A stretch of 64,000 nucleotides of DNA from the human T2T-CHM13v2.0 reference genome, Homo sapiens. The notes beneath the pieces were generated by a model. The model was not told the origin of the DNA. It worked only from the letters and a program-made list of their open reading frames with translations, and made no database searches. This document shows, piece by piece, positions 30,212 to 43,294 of this stretch (position 1 is the first letter of the stretch; each line of letters starts with the position of its first letter). The position numbers were made by a program, and so were the translations under genes. The stretch lies in the NCBI RefSeq assembly GCF_009914755.1, contig NC_060931.1. One strand, written 5' to 3'.

Positions 30212-30332
30212 TCAGCTGGTTGTGTGTGGTCTTATTTCTGGGTTCTCTATTCTGTTCCATTGGTCTTTGTGTCTGTTCCCGTACCAGTACCGTGCTGTTT
30301 TGATTACTGTAGCCCCATAGTATAGTTTGAAG

Positions 30333-31364
30333 TCAGGTAGTGTGATACCTCCAGCTACGTTTTGTTTTTTGCTTGTTTGTTTGCTTAGGATTGTCTTGGA
30401 TATTCAGGCTCCTTTTTGGTTCCATAAGAATATTAAAATATTTTGTTTCCAGTTCTGTGAAGAATGTCAACGGTAGTTTAATGGGAATAGCATTGAATCT
30501 ATAAATTGTTTTTGGTAGTATGGCCTTTTTCATGATATTGATTCTTTCCATCCATAAGCATGAAATGCTTTTCCATTTGTTTGTGTCATCTCTGATTTCT
30601 TTGAGCAGTGGTTTGTAGTTCTCCTTGAAGAGGTCCATCATGTCCCTTGTTAGCTGTATTCCTACGTATTTTATTATCTTTGCAGCAAGTGTGAATGGGA
30701 GTTCATTCATGGTTTGGCTCTCAGCTTGCCTATTGTTGGTGTGTAGGAAAGCTAGTGATCTTTGCACATTGATTTTGTATCCTGAGACCTTGTTGAAGTT
30801 GCTTATCTGCTTAAGAAGCTTTTGAGCTGAGACAATGGGGTTTTCTAGATATTGGATCATGTCATCTGCAAACAAAGATAGTTTGACTTCCTCTTTTCCT
30901 ATTTGAATACCCTTTATTTCTTTCTCTTGCTTGATTGCCCTGGACAAAACTTCCAATACTATGTTGAATAGGAGCAGTGAGAGAGGGCAATCTTGTCCTG
31001 TGCCAGTTTTCAAGGGGAATGCTTCCAGTTTTTGCTCATTTAGTATGATATTGGCTGTGGGTTTGTCATAAATGGCTCTTATTATTTTGAGGCATGTTCC
31101 TTCAATACCCAGTTTACTGAGCGTTTTTAACATGAAGGGGTGTTGAATTTTATTGAAGGTCTTTTCTACATTTATTGAGATAATCATGTGCTTTTTATCT
31201 TTAGTTCTGTTTATGTGATGAATCACATTTATTGATTTGCATATGTTGAACCAGACTTGCATCACAGGGATGAAGCCTACTTGATCATGGTGGATAAGTT
31301 TTTGATGTGCTGCGGGATTTGGTTTGCAGTATTCTGTTAAGGATTTTCCATCAATGTTCATCAA
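30333..31364 (-). pseudogene. L1 ORF2 reverse-transcriptase remnant (343 aa open)
   Basis: [34 protein letters not shown]; frameshifted at both ends. Confidence 0.93.
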
Positions 31365-32199
31365 GGATATTGGCCTAAAGTTATCTTTTTTTGTTGTATT
31401 TCTGACAGGTTTTAGTATCAGGATGATGCTGGCCTCATAGAATGAGTTAGGGAGGAGTCCCTCCTTTTCAATTTTTTGGAATAATTTCAGTAGGAATGGT
31501 ACCAGCTCTTCTCTCTACCTCTGCTAGAATCAAGCTTTGAATCCATCTGGTCCTGAGCTTTTTTTGGTTGGTAGGCTATTTATTACTGACTCAGTTTCAG
31601 AACTTATTATTAGTCTATTATGGGAGTCAATTTCTTCTTTCTCCTGGATTTTCTAGTTTATATGCATAGAGATGTTTATAGTATTCTCTGATGGTTGTTT
31701 GTATTTCTGTGTGGTCAGTGATGATATTCCCCTTATCATTTATGATTATGTTTATCTGAATCTTCTCTCTTTTCTTCTTTATTAGGCTAGCTAGCAGTCT
31801 ATTTTATTTATTTTTTTTTTCAATAAAAAAACAGCTTCTGGATTCACTGATTTTTTTGAAGGATTTTTCAGGCCTCTATCTCCATCAGTTCAGCTCTGAT
31901 CTTGGTTATTTCTTGTCTTCTGCTAGCTTTGGGGTTTGTTTGCTCTTGGTTCTCTAGTTCTCTTTGTTGTGATGTTAGGTTGTTAAGTTGAGAACTTTCT
32001 AGCTTTTTGATGTGGGCATTTAGTGCTGTAAATTTCTCTTAACACTGCTTTAGCTGTGTCCCAGAGATTCTGGTACATTGTCTCTTTGTTCTCATTGGTT
32101 TCAAAGAACTTCTTGATTTCTACCTTAATTTCATTATTTTTTACCCAAGAGTCAGTCAGGAGTGGATTGTTCAATTTCCATGTAGTTGTGCTGTTTTAA

Positions 32200-32523
<324 letters not shown>

Positions 32524-33801
32524 TGAGTGAATTTCTTAATCTTGAGTTCTAATTGGATTGTGCTGTGGTCCGAGAGACTGTTTGTTATGATTTCAGTCCT
32601 TTTGCATTTGCTGAGGAGCGTTTTACTTCTGATTATGTGATCAATTTTAGAGTAAGTGCCATGTGGCAATGACAAGAATGTAAATTCTGTTGTTTTGGGG
32701 TGGAGCGTTCTGTAGATGTCTATCAGGTCCACTTGATTGAGAGCTGAGGTCAGGTCCTGAATATGTTTGTTAATTTTCTGTCTCAATGATCTGTCTAATA
32801 TTGTCAGTGGGGTGTTAAAGTTTCCCACTATTATTGTGGGAGTTTGAGTCTCTTTGTAGGTCTATAAGAACTTGCTTTATGAATCTGGGTGCTCCTGTAT
32901 TGGGTGCATATATATTTAGGATAGTTAGGTCTTCTTATTGAATTGAATTCTTTAACATTATGTAATGCCCTTCTTTGTCTTTTTTGGTTTCTGTTGGTTT
33001 AAAGTCTGTTTTGTCAGAAACTAGGATTGAAACCCCTGCTTTTCTCTGCTTTCCACTTGCTTGGTACATTTTACTCCATCCCTTTATTTTGAGCCTATGT
33101 GTGTCTTTGCATGTGAGATGGGTCTCTTGAAGACATCATACTGATGGGTCTTGATCCTTTATCTAGCTTGCCATTCTATGTCTTTTAATTGGGGCATTTA
33201 GCGCATTTACATTTAAGGTTAGTATTGTTATGTGTGGATTTGATCCTGTCGTCATGATGCTAGCTGGCTATTTTGCGGACTTATGTGGTTGCTTCATAGT
33301 GTCACTGGTCTGTGTACTTCAGTGTGTTTTAGTCATGGCTGGTAATGCTTTTTCTTACCATATTTAGTGCTTCCTTTAGGAGCTCTTGTAAGGGAGGTCT
33401 GGTGGTAACAAATTCCCTCAGCATTTGCTTGTCTAAAAAGGATCTTATTTCTCCTTTGCTTATGAAGCTTAGTTTGGCCACATAAAAAAATCTGGGTTGG
33501 AAATACTTTCTTTTAAGAATGTTGAATATTGGCCCCCAATCTCTTCTTGTTTGTAGGGTTTCTACTGAGAGGTCTGCTGTTAGTCTGATGGGCCTCCTTT
33601 TGTAGGTGACCTGGCCTTTCTCTCTGGCTGCCCTTAACATTTTTTCCTTGGAAAATTTGATGATTATGGGTCTTGGGGATGATCTTGTGGAGTACCTTAC
33701 TGGGGTTCTCTGGATTTCCTGAATTTGAATGTTAGCCTGTCTTGCTAGGTTGGGAAAGTTCTCCTGGATAAGGTCCTAACATATGTTTTCCAACTTGGTT
33801 T

Positions 33802-35243
33802 TGTGTCCTGAATTGGTGGGTTCTTGGTCTCGCTGACTTCAAGAATGAAGCCGCGGACCCTCGCCATGAGTGTTACAGTTCTTAAAGGCGGCGTGTCCGG
33901 AGTTTGTTCCTTCTGATGTTCGGATGTGTTCAGAGTTTCTTCCTTCTGGTGGGTTTGCGGTCTCGCTGGCTCAGGAGTGAAGCTGTGGACCTTCGCGATG
34001 AGTGTTACAGCTCTCAAGGCGGTGCGTCTGGAGTTGTTCATTCCTCCCAGTGGGTTCATGGTCTCACTGGTTTCAGGAGTGAAGCTGCAGACCTTCCTGC
34101 TGAGTATTACAGCTCATAAAGGCAGTGTAGACCCAAAGAGTGAGCAGCAGCAAGATTTATTGCAAAGAGCGAAAGAACAAAGCTTCCACAGTGTGGAAGG
34201 GGACTCAAGCGGGTTGCCACTGCTGGCTCAGGCAGCCTGCTTTTATTCTCTTATCTGGCCCCACCCACATCCTGCTGACTGGTCCATTTTACAGAGAGCC
34301 TATTGGTCTGTTTTACAGAGAGCTGATTGGTCCGTTTTTACAGGGTGCTGATTGGTGCATTTACAATCCCTGAGCTAGACACAAAAGTTCTCCACGTCCC
34401 CACTAGATTAGCTAGATACAGAGTGTCGACTGGTGCATTTACAAACCCTGAGCTGGACACAGGGTGCTGATTGGTGTGTTTACAAACCTTGAGCTAGACA
34501 CAGGGTGCTGATTGGCGCATTCACAGTCTCTGAGCTAGACACGGTGCTGATTGGTGTGTTTACAAACCTTGAGCTAGATACAGAATGCTCATTGGTGTAT
34601 TTACAATCCCTTAGCTAGACATAAAGATTCTCCAAGTCCCCACTAGACTCAGGAGCCCAGCTGGTTTCACCCAGTGGATCCCACACCGGGGCCGCACGTG
34701 GAGCTGCCTGCCAGTCCCACACCATGTGCCTGCACTCCTCAGCCCTTGGGTGGTCAATGGGACTGGGCGCCGTGGAGCAGGGGGCGGCACTTGTTGGGGA
34801 GGCTCGGGCGGCACAGGAGCCCACAGCATGGTGGGGGTAGGCTCAGGCATGGCGGGCTGCAGGTCCCGAGCCCTGCCCTGCGGGGAGGCAGCTAAGGTGT
34901 GGGGAGAAGTCAGGCACAGCAGCTGCTGGCCCAGGTGCTAAGCCTCTCACTGCCCAGGGCCAGCCGCTCTGAGTGCGGGGCCTGCAGAGCCCACGCCCAC
35001 CCGGAACTTGTGCTGGCCCGCAAGCGCTGCATGCAGCCCTGGTTCCCACCCGCGCCTCTCTCTCCACACCTCCACGCAAGCTGAGGGAGCCGGCTCCGGC
35101 CTTGGCCAGCCCAGAAAGGGGCTCCCACAGTGCAGTGGCAGGCTGAAGGGCTCCTCAAGCACGGCCAGAGTGGGCACCAAGGCTGAGGAGGCGCCAAGAG
35201 CGAGCGAGGGCTGTGAGGGCTGCCAGCACGCTGTCACCTCTCA
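33802..35243 (-). mobile_element. LTR12C (HERV9) solo LTR inserted in L1 ORF1
   Basis: Minus strand begins TGAGAGGTGACAGCGTGCTGGCAG and ends CCACCAATTCAGGACACA; 4-bp TSD GTTT (33798-33801 and 35244-35247); tandem GCTGATTGGT repeats at 34270-34620. Confidence 0.93.
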
Positions 35244-35306
35244 GTTTCATTCTCTCCATCTCCTTCAGGGACGCCAATTAGTCATAGATTTGGTCTCTTT
35301 ATATAA

Positions 35307-35646
<340 letters not shown>

Positions 35647-35865
35647 TGTTCGTTCCTTTTCATTCTTTTTTCTCTATTCTTAATCTGCCTGTCTTATTTC
35701 AGAAAGATAGTCTTCAAGCTCTGAGATTCTTTCCTCCACTTGGTCTACTCTGCTATTAATACTTGTAATTGAATTGTGAAGTTCTTGTAGTGTGTTTTTC
35801 AGCTCTATCAGGTTGGTTATGTTCCTCTCTAAACTGGTTGTTTTGGCTGTCAGCTCCTGCATTGC

Positions 35866-36170
35866 TTTTTGTTTGTTTGTTTGTTTGTTTTGAGATGGAG
35901 TCTTGCTCTGTCGCCCAGGCTGGAGTGCACTGGCACGATCTCGGCTCACCACAATCTCCGCCTCCCAGGTTCAAGCAATTCTGCCTCAGCCTCCAGAATA
36001 GCTGGGATTACAGGCATGTGCCACCAGGCCTGGATAATTTTTGTATCTTTAGTAGAGACGGGGTTTCACCATGTTGGCCAGGCTGGTCTTGAACTCCTGA
36101 CCTCATGTCATCCGCCTGCATCAGCCTCCCAAAGTGCCAGGATTACAGGCGTGAGCCACCACGCACAGCT
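35866..36170 (-). mobile_element. AluS in L1 ORF1
   Basis: (TTTG)n tail; TSD CCTGCATTG. Confidence 0.9.
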
Positions 36171-37507
36171 CCTGCATTGTTTTTATCAAGATTCTTAGCT
36201 TCTTTGCATTGGGTTACAACATGCTCCTTTAGCTCAGCAGAGTTCATTTTTATATTTTTACCCACATTCTGATGGCTACTTCTATCATTTCAGCCATCTT
36301 AGCCTCAGCCCAGTTCTGAGTCCTTGCTGGAGGAGTGTTGCAGTCATTTGGATGAAAGGGGGTTGTTCGAGTTTTCAGCATTTTTGCATTGATTCTTTCC
36401 CATCTTTGCTGGCTTATCTACGTTTGATCTTTCAGGTTGCTGACCTTTGGATGGGGTTTTTGTGGGTTTTGTTGTTGATGATGTTTTCTGTTTGTTTTTC
36501 TTTTAGGAGTCCAGCCACTCTTCCGTAGGGCTGCTGTGGTTTGCTGGGGGTCCACTCCAGAACCTAGTTACCTCAACTTTTTCCATACTTAGAGGTACCA
36601 CCAGCGAAGGCTGCAAAACAGCAAAGATGGCAGCCTGCCCTTTCCTCTGGAAGGTCCATCCCAGATGGGTACTGACCTGTTGCTGGCCCAAACACACCTG
36701 TAGGAGGTGGCTGGAGACCCCACTTGGGAAGTCTCACCCAGTCAGGAGGAACAGGATCAGGGGCCCACTTAAAGAAGCAGTCTGGCTGCTTTTTGGTAGA
36801 GCAGCTGTGCTGTGTTGGGGATCCCTTCAGCTCCTGATTGGTTTGAGCTCTCCAAGACCCATAGGCTGGCCTGGCTGAGACACACAAACAGCCAAGGTGG
36901 TAGCCTGTCCTGCACTCTGGGCAATCCATCCCAGGGTTAAATTAGAACTCTGTCGGCTATAGAACATGGGTGGGGGTGCCAGGAGGCCCCAGTTGGTTGC
37001 ATCCTTTTTTCTTAGCTGTATATTACTCCATTGTTTGGATGTTAGATAGTTTATTGAACCCATCTCCTATGGCAGGATATTTGGCTTATTTCCAGTGTTT
37101 TGCTCTTACCATTAGTGCTATAATGACTAACCTTGTGCGTAGATTTCTAGAATAAAGATGCTGGGTCAAAGGACAAATGCGTAGGATTTTTTCTAGAAAT
37201 CAGTGAATTCTATGGGGTTATATCATTTTGAATTTCCAGAAGTGATGTATGAAAGTGCCTGTTTCCTCAGCCATGCCAATAATATGATGTCATTCTTAAA
37301 ACCAGTAAGTGAAAAAATAGTCTTGTACTCTTGTTTGAATTTGTATTTTTCTTTTGTGAGGGAAGTTGAGCATCTTGCTATATGTTTAAGGGACATTTGC
37401 ATAATTGAACACGGTTCAGCATTTCATGTTGATATACTAGTCAGCAAGTTGGAAAGACAAGAGGAAATGGAGAACTGGGAAATTCTAAGAATATGATACA
37501 AGCATTT

Positions 37508-37600
37508 TATACCTCATTTACTTTCACTTCACATTAGCTACAAAGAAAATTTCCTAGTTTCCCTTTTAGCTAATGTGAAGTGAAAAGTAAATGAGGTATA
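37508..37600. repeat. Near-perfect inverted repeat (33/34-bp arms, 26-nt spacer)
   Basis: TATACCTCATTTACTTTCACTTCACATTAGCTA (37508-37540) and TAGCTAATGTGAAGTGAAAAGTAAATGAGGTATA (37567-37600) are reverse complements apart from one indel. Confidence 0.95.
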
Positions 37601-38024
37601 CAGTTTGGGTGGACATGAGTCCCATTAAAACTTGGAACAGGGGTAAATGTCGTATTTCCAAGAGAAGGAAAAGGTGAATGGACACTGGGGACAGTTAGCA
37701 GTTTCTGCTACATCATCTTCTTTTAAAAAAATCTAGCTATTATCACAGCCCTATGTGATTTTTGTCTCATATTTCTTCTTTGTCCTCATCTCTTGCTATT
37801 CTCCCTCTTACTGGCATTCTTGCTGTTTCTCCAAAAATCAAGCATCCTCTCTTGTGGGTCTACTTGCCCTTCCCTCTGCCTGAAGTGTTCTTCCAGAACG
37901 CATGGCTCACTCTCAGAATTCTGCTCAAAAGTAAGCCCTTCCTTAAACACCAATGGTAATTAACATGCTCTCCATACCCAACCTTTTACCCTCCGTTGCT
38001 TTTCTTCTTAGAATTGATCATCTG

Positions 38025-38523
38025 TGTCAATCGAGGAAAATGACAAGTCTCAATCATTTTAGGAGATTTGTTTGCCAAAGTTAAGGACACTCTGGGAGAC
38101 AAGTCTATGCCTTTCTCCGAAGATAAATTTGAGGGCTCCAAATTTAAAGGGGAAAGGGCGGGATATTGAGAAGCACACAGGTTTTCACATAAACAAAAGG
38201 GGGCAGAGGAAGAATGTGAGGAATCGCATTTTACATAAGATAACAAAATGGGGTAGGGGAACAATCAGATATGCATTTGTGTCTGGTGGGTGATTGCACC
38301 TGGAAAGACAAGCTATCAATTTGCATTGCTATGGTGAAGTTTTAACAGCTCACCCATAATTTCCCTGTGGGCAAAATATGGGGGAGGCATGTAGCCTTTC
38401 ATCTTGTAGCCATCTTATTTAGGAACGAAAAGGGAGAGGCAGATTTGCATGACCCAGTTCCCAGCTTGACTTTTCCCATTGGCTAAACGAGTTTAGAGTC
38501 CCAAAATTTAATTTCCTGTCACA
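38025..38523 (-). mobile_element. MER4A-like ERV1 solo LTR
   Basis: Minus strand TGTGACAGGAAATTAAATTTTGGGAC..GGGAAAAGTCAAGCTGGGAACTGGGTCATGCAAA; TG..CA ends; 4-bp TSD TCTG (38021-38024 and 38524-38527). Confidence 0.85.
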
Positions 38524-38671
38524 TCTGACATAATAAACATATTATATCTTTGCTTGCCTAGTTTCTCATGTTTCCCCCTCCACAACTAATAATAAATGTG
38601 CCAGGCGTTGGCCTGTTTGTGCTTTTAACATATTTAAGCTGAATTATTTCTCCCAACAACTGTATGATGTG

Positions 38672-39080
38672 GTGTATCATTTACTATTACCATACTATCA
38701 CTACATAACAAACCTCACCACAACTATGTAGCTTAAAACCAATAATCATTCATTATTTTCATGCATCTGTGGGCTGACTGAGAGTAGATTGATCAAGACT
38801 AGCCTTCGCTGGACTTGCCTCTGAGCTACAAAAGTCGGGTCCAGGCTGGTTCCCTGCATTAGCAAGCTAACTAGGGATGTTCTTCTCAAGACAGTGGCAG
38901 AGGCACAAGAAGGCAAGCCTCACCATGCAAAGACATTCCAAGCATCTGTTTGCTACTACACTTGATCTTAGCCAAAAGAAGCGATGCCTCTGTTTGTTAT
39001 GTCTGCCAATATCCTATGGACCAAAGCAAGTCACATGGCCAGCCACAACTTTAATAGCACAAAAAGGTATAAGCATACTC
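38672..39080 (-). mobile_element. Old MLT1-type LTR
   Basis: CATAACAAACC..GTAGCTTAAAAC..CCTATGGACCAAAGCAAGTCACATGGCCAGCC motifs. Confidence 0.65.
38954..38985 (-). pseudogene. 3'-truncated U2 snRNA retropseudogene fragment
   Basis: Minus strand ATCGCTT[CTCGGC missing]CTTTTGGCTAAGATCAAGTGTAGTA equals U2 nt 1-38; flanked by GC(A/C)TCTGTTTG direct repeats. Confidence 0.85.
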
Positions 39081-40959
39081 TTTTCATGAAGGTGGGGTTG
39101 GGGGAGAGATATTTGCTAAAAAATAGTCTCATCTACCATTTTTTTTTTCCTATTTCTGGTGAGGAAACTCAGGCACCTAGAAAATAGAAATGGAATGCAA
39201 ATTCAGTTGGTATAGCTCCACTCTATTCAGTAGAAATCTAGCCTGTATCTCCAATATGAGGGTAGAAACTTAATCTGTTTTGTTTTCTGTTATATTTCCC
39301 AGCACCTAGAACAGTGCTTGGCACTTAGTAGGCATTCAGTAAAGATTTGTTAGACAAATGAATGAACTCAGCACAGCACATGGCACATAATTGGTACTTG
39401 ATCAATGTTAGCTATTATTATTGAGAAAAAATACATAAAACTTGGGAACAAGGTAAAGCCATGTTCATTCACTGTCACATTGAAACACTGCTTCACCGGC
39501 CAATGAAAGGATTATTAATTATTTAGGGAAAAGTATCTTTTTTGGACTCATTAACTACTACTGATCGAAGTCTCAAACTCTGAAGTTACGTTTTTATTTA
39601 CAGATTTTTGTTCAATACAGATGTAATTTATTTTGGAAAAACAAATTATTTTTTAAAAAACAAAGGATTATTTTGCCCTGTATGACATTAGTGAGTGTTG
39701 TTTTGAACCTAGCAAGCTGACTCATCCTGTCTTCCTCCAATGCTGCTAAATTTCTTTCTCGAACTGTCCTTGGAACTTACATCATTTTGTTGCTTTCCTC
39801 ATTTATGAGTTAAATCAATCTTTGACATATCTTCATCTTATATTTCGAGTTACATAGTTAACTTTTTGGAAATTGCACTTTAAAGTTAGCATCATTTAAA
39901 AAATTTTCCTGCTAGATTTGAAAGTGGTTATTCACTTTCAATTTAATTCAACTATTATTTACAGAATTCCCGGTTTTCTAGGTTACAGGGATGTGAAGCT
40001 GGAATATAAGAGGGGAGAGAAGGAACTGGTGATTGCCAGCCTTGTATACCAGCAACTGGGAGCCCCAAAGATTATTATGGACAATATAAAGCAGCCTTGA
40101 CAGGTTAGAAGTCATTATCAAAGTTTTCCAAGGCCCTGTGTTATTTCAAGATTCTGATCACATAACTGGAAACTTGTCGATGGTTTTCAGGGGCAGTTAA
40201 TATCCTGCAAAGAAAAAAATTGTTGAAGCCTCATCTTCTGGAAATGTCTGTCAACATTCAGGTATTAAATGGATTATTGTGGGCAACAGTCCTTCAGTAG
40301 CCCCCATGGAAGGGGTGGGGATTGAAGACTTTAGTTTGAAATAAACAATTAACAAAGGAGACTTAAAAGTTTAGTTGAGGACTCCTCCTCAAAATTCTGG
40401 TTGCTTTAATAATTAGAATTTCCATAAGAGTCTCAACGAAAGCCACTAATGGACCGCAGTGAAATCCTATTTCAGTATCATGAAACTGTTTTTAATCTGA
40501 AGCTTTTTCTCTTTGACCTTTTTACTCTTGAATTAAATGATAAATCTATAGATTTTCGGAACATTTTGGAGATCACGAAAGGGCACTGTGCGTTCTCTTA
40601 CTGGGTGTACTGAAGTTCCAGTAAGTTTCAGGTTGAGGATGGCAATCAGGAGGACTTCGAATACTTAGATCTTGGATTCCCACAACTAGGAAAGTTGAAT
40701 TGCAGGACTGGCTCTCTTCTGGTAATATTTGGACACCTTGGGAAAGGTGAATAACAGCCTTCAACTTGGGCCCCGAAACTTCTCTGTTACTTATTTTTGT
40801 AACTTAGTTCCTTGCCCATAAAACAAAGACTGACCAGTCAGAGACTTGGCTTTCTACGGATTATGTCAACTAGTCAAGGTAAGAGATTAGCACGGACCTT
40901 GGCACAAGAGAGCATTGCTTCATCCAGAGCACTTAACCAATGCTGGGATCTCCACCAAG

Positions 40960-41900
40960 TGTCCAGTAGGCGAAGGAGCCGGAGGGCAGTGGAGCGAGCG
41001 CACTGGGGGCTCAGACCCACCCCGGACACGCGGCTTCTCGGCCGTGTTCGGGACCTAGAGCCCGAGGGCCTCTCCCCTCGGCCTTGGCCTTGGCGTATAC
41101 TGGGCGGTGGCGCGGTGCGCTCACTCCGCCCCCAGCGGGCTGGGGCGGGGACACCGTCCCCCGGGAAACGGGACGCGCTGCTTGTCCCAGGCCTTCGCTT
41201 CGGCCTGCGAGGCTACAGCTGTGCGCAGTGGCGCGGCTGCTAAGTAGCAGCAGGTGGGAGACTAGGGTCTGCGCTCGCGGCGACCGCGGAGGAGGGTGGG
41301 CGCCTGCGGAGGTGTCCTCGCTCACTTCGGGGGGCCCAGAGTCTCGGGTGAGGAGCCAGCCGGCCTCGCGTTCCCTCGGACGGTTGCCCAATGGCAGCCC
41401 AGGTGGCAGCCCGGGAGGCGCGAGACTTCAGAGAAGCCCCGACCCTTCGCCTAACCTCGGGGGCCGGCCTGGAGGCAGTGGGCGCTGTGGAGCTCGAGGA
41501 GGAGGAGGAGAACGAGGAGGAGGCGGCGGCCAGGAGAGCGCGGAGTTTCGCCCAAGACGCGCGGGTGCGCTTCCTCGGCGGCCGCCTGGCGATGATGCTG
41601 GGGTTCACGGAGGAGAAATGGAGCCAGTATTTGGAAAGCGAGGACAACCGGCAGGTTCTTGGGGAGTTTCTGGAAAGCACCAGCCCGGCTTGCCTTGTGT
41701 TTAGCTTCGCCGCCTCGGGGCGCCTTGCGGCTTCCCAGGAGGTAAGAGGCGACGGGCAAGGGGACCTGCCCATCCAACAAAACTACCCAGGGGAGACAGC
41801 CCAGTCGCTCCCCTTTGGATTCCCGCGGGGCGCTCACTCGGGCACTTTAACAAACTTGGCTTGAAGTCCCCATCCTGAGGCCCGCAGGACTCCTCCCCAC
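40960..41900. promoter_or_regulatory. DNAH11: CpG island and DNAH11 promoter
   Basis: Sharp rise in GC and CpG; GC boxes CCGCCCC (~41126) and GGGGCGGGG (41142-41150); spans exon 1. Confidence 0.9.
41391..41741 (+). CDS. DNAH11: Dynein axonemal heavy chain 11, coding exon 1 (351 nt)
   Basis: [48 protein letters not shown]; donor GAG/GTAAGA. Confidence 0.95.
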
Positions 41901-43150
41901 GTGCACCCACTCTGCAGTTCAGCAGCTGCAGGTTAGTTTCCTAAGTCAGCAGTTTGTATCTGACCGAGAATCCCGCGTTGAGCCTGTTCGACCAGGATAA
42001 CCCAAGAACACCAGCGCTTTCTTTAGCTGCTTGGGTGTTAGGCGCCAGGTGGGCTTTCTGTGCCAAAAAACTTGCGTTTCAGTTGCTCTTGGGTCACTCT
42101 GGAGTCACATCCTTTAAAAAATGGGGTGTTTGGCAGAGCGCATGTAACTCGTCACGTATTTTGATTACGTGCCAACAACACTTCACCCCAGGCAAAAACA
42201 TTAAGTCCTTAAAAAGGAAGGCCCCTGCAATCTCCGCACACATGGGTGTTTACTGAACATTTAGAGGGAACAGTTCCCTCCTTTCTTCTTTTTCTTCCTT
42301 TTCTTTTTGAATTTCGATGATTTGTCCACTAAAAGGTTAACGTATCACCTAACGTACAGCACTTGTATTTAGTATTTTTCAAGTATGATGAGTTTGGAGC
42401 AAGATTCACAATTTTTAAGTAGCGCAATGCTCAGTTTAACATGTTATGTCGTTTTATCACTAGGTGTGGTCATTGTAATAGTTGGGAAATAGGATCTCAG
42501 AGAAGAAAGAGTAATAGGAAGGCTGCCTTATGGTATTGTGAATTTTGAATTCTTTTGTTTTAGGACTCTCCTAATTGTAACTTTAAAAAAAATAAGTTTG
42601 TCAGTAGACAAGGCGATAGAACACAACTCTAGTATTACCTAAGTTAAATAGTTATTATAATGTTCAATGGAATGACTCAGTAGTTGTGGAAATGTTAGCA
42701 TGTTTTGGTTATACGGTTCTATTCTTTGATAGAAATACAAATTAACCTCTTGGGCTTGTCTTTATCTCAGTTTGGCTTATTTCCAAACCAGAGAAGAGTA
42801 TAAAAAATAACCCTTTAGGATTGAAACATTTCTACATGCCTACGTGCTCCTTATTTGTTTTTAGTTATAAGATTTTTTTTTTGGTGTATAATGAACTGGT
42901 ATAATTGGCATGCCTTTAAAAGGTGATATTTCCACACCAGTAATGCTGTGAAATTAGCATTATAAAAGAACAAAGAAAACTGTATACTCGCTGCATACTA
43001 GGGAAGAGCCGTAGAAGGACCTTGTTTATAGGGCAGGCAAGATGCCAGGTTTTGTTTCTTCTGCTAGCAATACAGCTACAAGTTGGATATAGTAAATCCT
43101 GCTTGTTAACAAGAAAACTACTTGAACTAATTATCTTGCTCTTGTTTTAG

Positions 43151-43294
43151 ATTCCAAGAGATGCAAACCATAAACTTGTTTTTATTTCCAAGAAGATTAC
43201 TGAAAGCATTGGAGTAAATGACTTTTCTCAAGTGGTTTTATTTGGAGAGTTACCTGCGTTGTCTCTTGGACATGTATCTGCTTTCCTTGATGAG
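43151..43294 (+). CDS. DNAH11: DNAH11 exon 2 (144 nt)
   Basis: ttgttttag/ATTCCA; [32 protein letters not shown]; donor GAG/GTACTG; phase 0-0. Confidence 0.93.

Noticed and set aside
30333-31364. Possible active or domesticated reverse transcriptase
   Set aside because: Ordinary L1 ORF2 remnant with a degenerate QGCPLS motif (QDCPLS), frameshifts, and an element broken by four insertions.
34270-34620. Spaced ~40-bp repeats resembling a CRISPR array
   Set aside because: These are the standard LTR12 U3 tandem repeats; there are no unique spacers or cas genes, and the context is primate.
40812-41910. Several 120-206-aa ORFs on both strands around DNAH11 exon 1
   Set aside because: CpG-island effect; only 41391-41741 has a donor site and continues in frame into exon 2.
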